Under the pieces are notes generated by a model. That model was not told where the DNA came from, made no database searches, and was given only the letters and a program-made list of their open reading frames with translations. A stretch of 63,169 nucleotides of DNA, the filler included, from Chiloscyllium plagiosum (taxonomy: Eukaryota), in NCBI RefSeq assembly GCF_004010195.1. It is 4 parts of one record of this genome, joined end to end, with 100 filler letters (N's around TTAATTAATTAA, not from the genome) between each part and the next. Parts side by side here need not be neighbours in the genome. Positions count along the whole stretch, not along the records: positions 30,696 to 61,558 come from NC_057715.1; positions 61,659 to 63,169 come from NC_057715.1; 2 more parts are not named here. One strand, written 5' to 3'. The number at the start of each line of letters is the position of its first letter. The stretch's first letter is position 1. Positions 52,901-63,169 of the stretch are shown piece by piece. Position numbers and translations under genes: made by a program.

Positions 52901-54860
52901 GCACTGGCCCTCTGACAGTGCAGCACTTCTTCAGTACTGACCCTCTGACAGTGCAGCACTCCCACAGTACTGACCCTCTGACAGTGTGGCGCTTCCTCAG
53001 CACTGACCCTCTGACAGTGCAGCACTCCCTCAGCACTGACCTCTGAAAGTGCAGCATGCCCTCAGCACTGACCCTCTGACAATGTGGCACTCCCTCAGCA
53101 CTGACCCTCTGACAGTGTGGCACTCCCTCAGCACTGGCCATCTGACAGTGCAGCACTCCCTCAGTACTGACCCTGTGACAGTGCAGCACTCCCACAGTAC
53201 TGACCCTCTGACAGTGTGGCACTCCCTCAGTACTGACCCTCTGACAGGGTGGCACTCCCTCAGCACTGGCCCTCTGACAGTGCAGCACTCCCTCAGTACT
53301 GACCATGTGACAGTGCAGCAGTCCCACAGTACTGACTCTCTGAAATGCAGCACTCCCTCAGTACTGACGTTCTTACAGTGTGGCACTCCCTCAGCACTGA
53401 CCCGCTGACAGTGCAGCACTCCCTCAGCGCCAACCCTCTGACAGTGTGGCACTCCCTCAGCACTGAGCCTCTGACAGTGCAGCACTCCCTCATTAGTGAC
53501 CCTCTGACAGTGTGGCACTCCCTCAGTACTGACACCATGACAGTGTGGCACTTCCTCAGCACTGACCCTCTAACAGTGCAGCACTCCCTGAGTACTGACT
53601 CTCTGACAGTGCCGCACTCACTCAGCACAGAGCCTGTGACACTGCAGCATTCCCTCTGCACTGACCCTCTGACAATGCAGCATTCCCTCTGCACTGATCC
53701 TCTGACAGTGCAGCACTCCCTCAGCACTGACCCTCTGACAGTGCAGCACACCCTCAGTACTGACACTCTAACAGTGCGAAGCTCTCTCATTACAGACACA
53801 CTGATAGTACGGCATTCCCTCTGCACTGACCCTCTCAATGTGCAGCACTCGCTCAGTACTGACCCTCTAACAGTTCAGCACTTCCTTAGCACTGACCCTT
53901 TGACAGTGCAGCACTCCCTCAGTACTAACCCTGTGACAGTGCAGCACTCCCACAGTGCTGACCCTCTGACAGTGTGGTGCTTCCTCAGCACTGACCCTCT
54001 GACAGTGCAGCACTCCCTCAGCACTGACCATCTGACAGTGTGGCACTCCCTTAGCACTGGCCCTCTGACAGTGCAGCACTCCCTCAGTACTGACCCTCTG
54101 GCAGTGTGGTGCTTCCTCAGCACTGACCCTCTGACAGTGTGGCACTCCCTCAGCACTGACCCTCTGACAGTGCAGCACACCCTCAGTACTAACTCTGAGA
54201 CAGTGCAGCACTCCCACAGTGCTGCCCCTCTGACAGTGTGGCGCTTCCTCAGCACTGACCCTGTGACAGTGTGGCGCTCACTCAGTACTGACCCTCTGAC
54301 AGTGCAGCATCCCCTCAGTACTGACACTCTGACAGTTGCAGCACTCCCTCAGCACTGTCCCTCTGACAGTCTAGCACTCCCTCAGTACTGACCCTGTGAC
54401 AGTGCAGCACTCCCACAGTACTGACCCTCTGACAGTGTGGCATACCTCAGCACTGACCTTCTGACAGTGCAGCATGTCCTCAGCACTGACCCTCTGACAG
54501 TGTGGCACACCCTCAGCACTGACCCTCTGACAGTGTGGCACTCCCTCAGCACTGATCCTGTGACAGTGTGGCACTCCCTCAGTACTGACCCTCTGACTGT
54601 GCAGCATTCCCTCAGTACTGACCCTCTGAGAGTGTGGTGCTCCCTCTGCACTAACCCTCTGACAGTGCGGTACTCCCTCAGTACTGACCCGCTGACAGTG
54701 CAGCACTCCCTCTGCAGTGACCCTCTGACAATGTGGCACTCCCTCAGCACTGACCCTCTGACAGTGTGGCACTCCCTCAGTACTGACCCTCTGACAGTGC
54801 AGCACCCCCTCAGTACTGACCCTCTGACACTGCAGCACTCCCTCAGTGCTGACCCTCTGT
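49968..54860 (-). repeat. ~4.9-kb 30-bp minisatellite array with higher-order structure; SINE head remnant at ~54860-54910
   Basis: About 160 units by length/30; translation repeats TVQHSLSTDPL; minus flank GAGACTTGAACATAAAATG..CAGTGCAATAC resembles the SINE head. Confidence 0.92.
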
Positions 54861-55534
54861 ATTGCACTGTGATTTCCAGTTTTCATTTTATGTTCAAGTC
54901 TCGAAAGCGGTATAATAAACTGTCCAAGCACTGACATGGGCCGTAGCAGCTACAGAATTCCCCTTCCAGTCAGACAGGTTTCATGGCTGCATTTAACCCT
55001 CTAAAAATGATGAGGTACCTGATATCTGAGCTGGATGCCATCAGCGGTGATGCTGAATATGGTGTCATCCCAGACTCTGGTTTAGTATCACATTGACACG
55101 GAACAGGATTTTAAACTGATAATCTAAAACCATGTGCAGAGATCCCAGGAAGTAAAGCACGGTTTTCAAAAAGCCAAATCAGAGTAAATCTTGATTGAAA
55201 TGAATGATTTTCCCTGATATGATTCTATCTTCTGAGAATTGAAACACCTTATGTTATCAATTTTTTTTATGTGGTTGTGCTTTTAACAGTTTAATTGACT
55301 TCCCTGTCAGTAAAAGATGCTAATACCATTGATAGAATTAGGAAGGAGGATCTGCCGAAAGAATCTAAAGTATTCAGAGGTAATTTAAGATGCAAAACAT
55401 CCACGGTAATAATCTCTGAATAGTGAAGGCCTTAAAGGGGGATAGGTAATAAACACAATTACTATTACTCAGAAAAAGTACTGGGGTATCTAATGGGTCT
55501 AAAGACTAATAGATCCCTTGAAGCTGAGGACTTA

Positions 55535-56520
55535 TTGATTGATGTCACATGTACTGAGATACAGTGAAAAGTGTTGTTTTGTGTGCCGTACAGGCTGATT
55601 GTACCATACAAAGTGCATCAGGGTAGCAGAACAGAGTGAGGAATATAGTGTTACAGCCACAGAGAAGGTGCAGAGAGAGAGTTCAACATTAACATTTGAG
55701 AGTTCCATTCAAAAGTCTGGTAACAGCAGGGAAGAAGCTGTTCTTGAATTGGTTCATACTTGTATTCAAACTTTTATATTTTCTGCCGGACAGAAGAGGG
55801 TGGAAGAGAGTATAACCGGGGTGGGAGGGGTCTTTGATGATGTTGGTCACTTTCCTGAAGCAGTGGGAAGTGTAGATGGAGTCAATGGATGGAAGGCTGG
55901 TTTGTGTGGTGGTCTGGGCTGCTTGCAAGACTCTCTGTAGTTTCTTGCGGTCATGGGAAGAGCAGTTGCCATACTGCGCTGTGATGCATCCAGATAAGAG
56001 GGTGTCTAGGATCCATAAAAATTGGTCAGAGTCGTTGTAGACATGCTGAACTTCCTTTGCAGCCTGAGGAAGTAGAAGGCTTTCTTAACCATTGAGTCCA
56101 CAAGGGTGGACCAGGACACATTGTTGGTGATCAGCACTGACTCTCTTGACCACCTCCACCTCAGCATCATTGATGCAGGCAGGGGCATGCTCTCCACTCC
56201 ACGTCCGGGATCAATGACCAGCTCCTTCGTTTTGCTGACTTCACAGAGACAGCCACCTAAGGCTGCAATCAAACCCGGGGCCCCAGTGCAGCGAGACTGC
56301 AGCGCTAACCACTCAGCCACTGTGCCGTCGTTGTTTGAGATCAGCACAACTACTATGGCGTCATCAGCAAACTTGTAAATTGAGTTGGGGCAGAATTTCG
56401 CCGCACTGTCGTGCATGTATAAGGATTGAGTACACAGCCTTGTGGGACACCAGTGCAGAGGATTATGGTGGAGGAGGTGTTATCACCAATTCTCACTGCT
56501 TGCAGTCTATGGGTCAGGAA
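55535..56520 (-). mobile_element. Rex1/Babar-type LINE RT fragment with small SINE-head insert (~56240-56328)
   Basis: TGVPQGCVLNP, THD..SIYKFADD, IIKDPSHPG..LLSGRKY, NSFFP on minus strand. Confidence 0.8.
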
Positions 56521-57495
56521 GTCAACGAATTGCATCCTAGGATATCAATGGAAGTAGCTACCGAAACAGTGTCATTGTTATTCCAGGAATCACTAGATTC
56601 TAGAAAATGTTCCAGAGGGTTAGAAAACTGAAAATGTAACTTCCTTAATTAAAATGGAAAGGAGTTAGAAAACAGGTAACTATAAGCTAGTTATCTAAGT
56701 AACAGTTATTGAAAAAATGTGAGAGTCTATTACAAAGGATGTAATAACACAGTATTTAGAAATACGTTATGTAATCCAGCAGAGTCAACATGGCTTCGTG
56801 AAGGGGAAATCGCACCTAATAAATTTATTTAAAATCTCTGAAGATGTAACAAGCAGAATAGATAAAGGAGAAACAGCGGATGTAATGTATTTGGATTTCC
56901 AAGAAGCATTTTACAAGATCACACACGTGATTAATAAGCTCTTAATAAGTTAAGAGCTTATGACATTGATCCATTGCTAACATACTGTCTCCAAGGATTG
57001 GCTAACTTACAGGAAACAGAGTGTCGAGATAAAAGGGAGCGTTGTTCAGATGGACTACCAGGAGCAGTGCTGGGATTGCTTCACAATATTATACATAATA
57101 TACATTAATGACTTGGATGAGGGAAGTGAATATAAGCATTGCCATTTGCAGATTACACAAATATAGGTGGGAAGGCAAGTCTTGAGGATGACCTAAAGGT
57201 CCTATAGAGGAATATAGACAGATTAAGCGAGTATGCCTGAAGTTGGCAGATGGGAAATAATTTAGGATAATGTCAGGTTATGCACTTTGGCAGGAAGAAT
57301 AGAGGAACTGAATATGATTTAACCAAAGAAAGACTGCAGAAAGATGCAACACAGAAAGATTCGGGGTCCTCATGAATGAATCACAAAAAGCTAGCAAACA
57401 AGTTCTAAGGCTAATAAGAAGGCAAAATTAATGTTGGTCGTTATATCAAAAGGAATGGAATATAAAAATAGAGAGGTCTTACTAAAACTATTCAA

Positions 57496-58790
57496 CTAGG
57501 AGAAAGTGAGGACTGCAGATGCTGGAGATCAGAGCTGAAAAATGTGTTGCTGGAAAAGCGCAGCAGGTCAGGCAGCATCAAAGGAGCAGGAGAATCGACG
57601 TTTTGGGCATAGGAATGAGGAGGGTGTGCCAAGCAGGCTAAGATAAAAGGTAAGGAGGAGGGACTTGGGGGAGGNNNNNNNNNNNNNNNNNNNNNNNNNN
57701 NNNNNNNNNNNNNNNNNNNNNNNNNNNNNNNNNNCGGGAAGAAGATTGCAGGTCAAGAAGGCGGTGCTGAGTCTGAGTGTTGGGACTGAGGTAAGGTGGG
57801 AGGAGGGGAGATGAGGAAGGTGGAGAAATCTACATTCATCCCTTGTAGTTGGAGGGTTCCTAAGCGGAAGATGAGGTGCTCTTCCTCCAGGCGTCGTGTT
57901 GCCATGGTCTGGCGATGGAGGAGGCCAAGGACCTGCATGTCCTTGGCGGAGTGGGAGGGGGTGTTAAAGTGTTCAGCCACAGGGCTGAACACCCCCCACC
58001 AACCCAACCTCCACTCCCGGCACCTTCCCCTGCAACCGCAAGAAATGCAAAACTTGCGCCCACAACTCCCCCCTCACTTCCCTCCAAGGCCCCAAGGGAT
58101 CCTGCCATATCTGCCACAAGTTCACCTGCACCTCCACACACATCATTTACTGCATCCGCTGCACCCGATGTGGCCTCCTATACATTGGGGAGACAGGTAG
58201 CCTGCTTGCAGAGCGTTTCAGAGAACACCTCTGGGACACCCGCACCAACCAACCCAATCGTCCTGTGGCTGAACACTTTAACACGCCCTCCCACTCCGCC
58301 AAGGACATGCAGGTCCTTGGCCTCCTCCATCGCCAGACCATGGCAACACGACGCCTAGCAGAAGAGCGCCTCATCTTCCACTTAGGAACCCTCCAACTAG
58401 AAGGGATGAATGGAGATTTCTCCACCTTCCTCATCTCCTCTCCTCCCACCTTTTCTCAGTCCCAACCCTCAGACTCAGCACCGCCTTCTTGACCTCCCCT
58501 ACCTTGTCTCAGTCTAATCCATCGAATTCAGCACCGCCTTCCTAACCTGCAATCTTCTTCCCAACCTCTTCGCCCCCACCCCAGTCTGACCTATCACCCT
58601 CACCTTGACCTCTTTCCACCTATCACATTTCCGACGCCCCTCCCCCAAGTCCCTCCTCCCTACCTTTTATCTTAGCCTGCTGGACAAACTTTCCTCATTC
58701 CTGAAGAAGGGCTTATGCCCGAAACGTCGATTCTCCTGCTCTTTTGATGCTGCCTGACCTGCTGCGCTTTTCCAGCAACACATTTTTCAG
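57496..58790 (+). mobile_element. Penelope-like element 3' part (GIY-YIG) with inverted 5' copy of its 3' end
   Basis: 58015-58490 reads FPCNRKKCKTC..IIYCIRCTRCGLLYIGETG..RFREH..VAEHFN..EERLIFHLGTL; arms ~57535-57990 / ~58263-58790; 14-bp TSD CTAAAACTATTCAA (57482-57495, 58791-58804); 60-N gap at 57675-57734. Confidence 0.92.
58699..58730 (+). ncRNA. Minimal hammerhead ribozyme motif in PLE terminus
   Basis: TC-CTGAAGA-A-GGGC-TTAT-GCCC-GAAAC-GTC-GA; stem I only 2 bp. Confidence 0.6.
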
Positions 58791-58930
58791 CTAAAACTAT
58801 TCAAGACATGATCAGATCACACCTGAAATATTGTGAACAGTTTTGGTCCCTTTATCTAAGGAGAGATGTATTGGTATTGGAGGCAGTACAGAGAAGATTT
58901 CCTAGGAATGGAGGGACTGTCTTGTGAGGA

Positions 58931-59670
58931 TTTGTAGGGGCTGGTGTTGGACTGGGGTGGACAAAGTTAAAAAATCACACAACACCAGGTTACAGTCCAA
59001 AGGTTTATTTGGAAGCATTAGCTTTCAAAGCTCTGCTCCTTCATCAGGCAGTTGTGGAGCAGAATCATAAGACACAGAATTTATAGCATTAGGATTGTAG
59101 TTTCATGGAATGTAATATTAAACAAATTTAATTTAAGTCTTTCATCTTTTAGAAGGATCATGTTAGTTTCAGTTCCTTCATATGTAAATCCCAGAAGTTA
59201 CATTCTCGAGATAGCTTTTAACAATAGGTGCCGTCTCAGCTCAGATAATGCATTGAAGATGTGAAGTTAAAGTCGGTCTGTGTCCCAATGTTAAGTCAGA
59301 CTAATTCTATTTCTAAAGTGGGATTTATAGAATCTTACAATGATTCATGCAGTTTTTGAACAAATTAAAGTAATTCTGCAAGTTCAAATTCACCCCACAA
59401 ATGTGTGTGCATGCGCACAGGGGAGACAGAATGTGTACATGGGTGTGTGTGTGGGGGGGTGGGGGAGGTGTGAGTATCTGTGAGAGAGTTGTGTGTATGT
59501 TGGTGAGCATAATGGGGTATAAGTATCTGAGAGGTTGCGCGTGTGGGTGTGAGTCTGGGGGGTGAATGTGTGAGCATATGAGAACTTGTGTTGAGAGAGG
59601 ATCTGCGTGAGTGTGTGCGTGTTAGAAAGTGTATAGTGCAGTGGAGCTACCTGAAGTGTGACATGAACCT
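58931..59670 (-). mobile_element. 3' terminus of a PLE related to 8480-10058
   Basis: Shared AAAAATCACACAACACCAGGTTA..GCTCCTTCATCAGG and GTGACATGAACC; degenerate hammerhead ~59015-59050. Confidence 0.75.
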
Positions 59671-60599
59671 CATGAGGAGACGTTGAGTTATTGGAGTTTA
59701 GAATAATGACAGGCAACTTTATTTGCAAACATACAAGATTCTTAGAAGACTCATAGGGTAGATGCCAAGAAGCTTTTTTTTCCCTCTTTATGAGTGAATC
59801 TAGGATTCGAGGACATAGTCTCTAATCACCGCATATGGCAGAGACGAAGAAGGATGTTGACGCTGAGTCATTAAGAATATTCAAGACTGAGATAGACAGA
59901 AATTTAATCAGTTAAGGAATCCAGATTGTGGGCAAATGGAGGAAACTGGTTTTGAGAATTAGCAGATCAGCAATGAGCTCGTTGTGGGGTGGAGTAGACT
60001 CAATGGGCTGAATGGACTACTTTGTCTTCTACATTTGATAGTTTTATGGTCATGTGTAATACCATTGGCAGATATTTGTTCACAACTTTAATTACTATTT
60101 CTAGAATATTGCAAGCAAAATGGACATTTGCATCACAATCTACAGAACTCTGTCAATCCCAGGATAGCACTAATTCCCCTTTCCTTTGGGTGTTGCTTCC
60201 CTAAAAACAGAACACTATCAAACCCTGGCCCCAACATTCCCTTCTCATCATTCGATCCCAGATCAAGACACTAGGATGACTTGAGACAGAGAGAATATGG
60301 TGCAGTGGATTTAGTTTAGAATCTATTAGGGATAGAGGGAAAATAGGGAAATGGGATGTTTGGGATTAATACAGGCCAATTTTGAGATGACAGGAAATTA
60401 GAATTAATACAGAAATATGGGGACGTCACAAAGTGGAATTAGTTTGGGATTCATTCAATACAGGGCTACAGGGAAGTAGAAGAATGGTCAGATTTGCTTA
60501 AGACGAATAAAGGGCTGAAGGGAGAAAGTAGAGCAATAAGATTATTTTGGGATTATTCTAGCAAAGCCTTAGTGTACACATGGTGCATTCCTATGTTTC

Positions 60600-61335
60600 T
60601 TGCTACTATTGTACAGAGCCTTGATGAGACCATATCTGAAGTACTGTCTGAAGGTTTAGTCTCTTTATCTGAGGAGGATGCTCTGACCAGGGCAGTAGTG
60701 CAACAAAGGTTTACCACACTGATTCCTGCTATGGCAGGACTGATGTATGAGGAAAGATTGGATCGGTTAAGACTATATTCACTGGGGTTTGGAAGTATAA
60801 CAGGTGGATCTCATAGAAACTTTTCAAATTCTAACAGGACTAGACAGGGTAAATGCAGGAAAAATATTTCCAGTGATTGGGGGATTCCACAAAAGGTCAC
60901 AATCTAAATATGTAAGGTAGGCCATCTAGGACTGAGAGGAGAGATTTCTTCACCTAGAGAGTGGTAATCCTATGAAATTCTCTGCCACAGAAAGTGGTCG
61001 AGGGCAAAACATTGAATGTTTTCAGGAAGATATTAGAATATAGTTCTTAAGGCTAAAAGAATCAAAGGGTATGGAGAGACAATGGGAGCAGGGTTTTGTG
61101 TTGGATGATCAATAGACAATAGGTGCAGGAGTAGGCCATTCTGCCCTTCGAGCCTGCACCACCATTCAATATGATCATGGCTGATCATCCTTAATCAGTA
61201 TCCTCTTCCTGCCTTATCTCCATAACCCTTGATTCCACTATCCTTGAGAGCTCTATCCAACTCTTAGATAATGGCCTACTGGTAACAGCCACCACTCTCT
61301 GGGTGAAGAAGTTTCTCCTCATCTCTGTCCTAAAT
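60600..61335. mobile_element. CR1 3' fragments (+ ~60600-61110; - ~61112-61335)
   Basis: VQQRFTTLIPAMAGLMYEERLDRLRLYSL; reverse-complement 3' UTR follows. Confidence 0.7.
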
Positions 61336-61357
61336 GGTCTACCCCGTATTTTTAAGG

Positions 61358-61558
61358 TAAAAACAATGACTGCAGATGCTGGAAACCAGATTCTGGGTCA
61401 GTGGTGCTAGAAGAGCACAGCAGTTCAGGCAGCATCCAAGGAGCTTCAAAATCGACGTTTCGGGCGAAAGCCCTTCATCAGGAATAAAGGCAGTGAGCCT
61501 GAAGCGTGGAGAGATAAGCTAGAGGAGGGTGGGGGTGGGGATAGAGTAGCATAGAGTA
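61358..61558 (-). mobile_element. PLE terminal repeat with intact hammerhead core (61452-61483), truncated by gap
   Basis: Minus: TC-CTGATGA-A-GGGC-TTTC-GCCC-GAAAC-GTC-GA. Confidence 0.75.
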
Positions 61559-61658
61559 NNNNNNNNNNNNNNNNNNNNNNNNNNNNNNNNNNNNNNNNNN
61601 NNTTAATTAATTAANNNNNNNNNNNNNNNNNNNNNNNNNNNNNNNNNNNNNNNNNNNN

Positions 61659-61854
61659 GTTCTTTACCCTGAGAGTGGTGGGGGCATGGAATGCGCTGCC
61701 TGTGGGAGTGGTAGAGTCAGAATCTTTGGTGACCTTTAAGCGGCAATTGGATAGGTACATGGATGGGTGCTTAAGCTAGGACAAATGTTCGGCACAACAT
61801 CGTGGGCCGAAGGGCCTGTTCTGTGCTGTATTATTCTATGTTCTATGTTCTATG
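61659..61854 (+). mobile_element. CR1 3' end
   Basis: WNALP motif, (TTCTATG)n tail. Confidence 0.8.
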
Positions 61855-63169
61855 TCTGCTCGAAGCTCACTTAAATGCAGCTGAAACAGCATACGCTGAT
61901 AGACCTTCTATTATCAAATTGCAAAGGATTACGGCCCTTAGGACAGCTCCAAACACCATGCTTACCCAAACGGATAAGAGGGAAATATTATTTGCAAAAC
62001 AAAGGTTATATGAATTTGGCGACAAACCGGGTAGATACTAAGCATTTCTTGCAAAGAAAAGAAAGGCCCCTCAAACTATCACGTCTATCAAGGAAAGTAC
62101 GGGTATTTTGACTCATGATCATAAAAGGATTAATGCAATCTTTAGAAAATTTTATTCTGATTTATATAAATCGCAGGATTGTGAGGACATGACTAGGAGG
62201 ATGCAATCATTTTTTTAAAATTTGACCTTTCCGGGCCTAACTCCGGAACAGGTATCGGTTTTAAATGCTCCCCTAACAGTCCAAGAAATACTTGACACAA
62301 TCAGGCAACTTCAGAGCGGTAAGACACCTGGCCCAGATGGTTTTCAAGCTGAATTCTATAAAGAATTTACAGGAATATTTGCTGGTCCACTTATGGACAT
62401 GTATAACTACGCATACAGTCAGGGCTGTCTCCCGCCTTCGCTGAAAGAGGCAAATATCTCTCTTATCTTTTAAAAAGGAAAGGATCCAGAAGATTGTGCG
62501 TCATACAGACCAATATCCTTGCTAAATGTGGATTTAAGATCCTTTCTAAAACATTAGCATTGAGACTAGAAAGGGTATTGCCACATATCATAAAGGAGGA
62601 TCAGACAGGGTTTATTAAGGGCCATAGATCATCCAATAATATTAGAAGGGTTTTGAATATGATTCAAGCCTGCCATCAGGGAAAGATACCAGGAGTAGTA
62701 GTCTCATTAGATGTGGAAAAGGCATTCGATAGGGTTGAATGGTCATATTTGTTTTACACATTGGAAAGGTTTGGCGTTGGAAAGGTGTTTACCAAATGGG
62801 TCTCAACATTGTATAGTGATCCCAAAGCAGTTGTGGTTCCCAATGGATTAGGCTCGGATAGCTTCAGTGTGGGTAGGGGCTGCCGTCAGGGATGTCCTCT
62901 CTCGCCCTTGTTATTTACGCTAATAATTGAACCACGAGCAGAAGCTATACGAGCTGATCCGAAGGATTGGTACAGGTAAACATAAAATTATCCTTTATGC
63001 AGATGATGTTCTTCTATTCCTCAGTAAACCTCTGATGTCCGTACCTCGCTTCATCCAAGTTATTAATACATTTAGCGCATTCTCAGGCTATAAAATTAAT
63101 TTCTCAAAATCGGAGGTTTTGCCAATGGGTGGCCTTGCTATGATACCCCACTTAGTGGACGGATCCCAC
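61855..63169 (+). mobile_element. L1-clade LINE ORF2 fragment (different subfamily from 26445-30595)
   Basis: KTPGPDGF, DQTGFIKG, SLDVEKAFDRVEW, RQGCPLSPLLF, LYADDVL. Confidence 0.92.

Larger units (their letters stand above)
56530..60050 (+). mobile_element. Old CR1 ORF2 interrupted by two PLE insertions
   Basis: QHGFVKGKS, YLDFQEAF, YINDLDEG; reading resumes after 58804 and after ~59670. Confidence 0.8.

Noticed and set aside
49968..54860. Long ORFs (647, 348, 224 aa etc.) and similar ORFs at 43280-46269
   Set aside because: Products of a 30-bp unit lacking stops in several frames on both strands; no splice or domain evidence.
43316..54860. CRISPR-like ~30-bp palindromic repeats
   Set aside because: Units are contiguous with no unique spacers, no cas genes, eukaryotic context.

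Overview
Repeat-rich eukaryotic (vertebrate) genomic DNA. The repeat families (CR1 ORF1/ORF2, HE1-like and Deu-type SINEs, several Penelope-like elements) suggest a cartilaginous fish such as a shark; this is an inference. The only supportable host gene is a + strand nectin/PVR-like immunoglobulin-superfamily gene: V-set exon 6943-7281, second Ig exon present twice (10206-10508 and 18924-19226) because of a large duplicated block, a decayed third copy near 22240, and the first half of the third Ig domain at 25948-26053. No leader, TM or cytoplasmic exons were identified. The rest is L1, CR1, Rex1/Babar and Penelope-like (PLE) retroelements, an LTR with a tRNA-Ser PBS, a Gypsy-like solo LTR, TA-flanked MITEs, and three 30-bp minisatellite arrays grown inside SINE copies, which produce the long spurious ORFs. 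Most notable are minimal hammerhead ribozyme motifs in at least four distinguishable PLE terminal-repeat types, and short fold-back or composite PLE insertions with recurrent 14-15 bp target duplications. Five assembly gaps (three containing an artificial TTAATTAATTAA spacer) limit interpretation. TE boundaries without a stated TSD are approximate.
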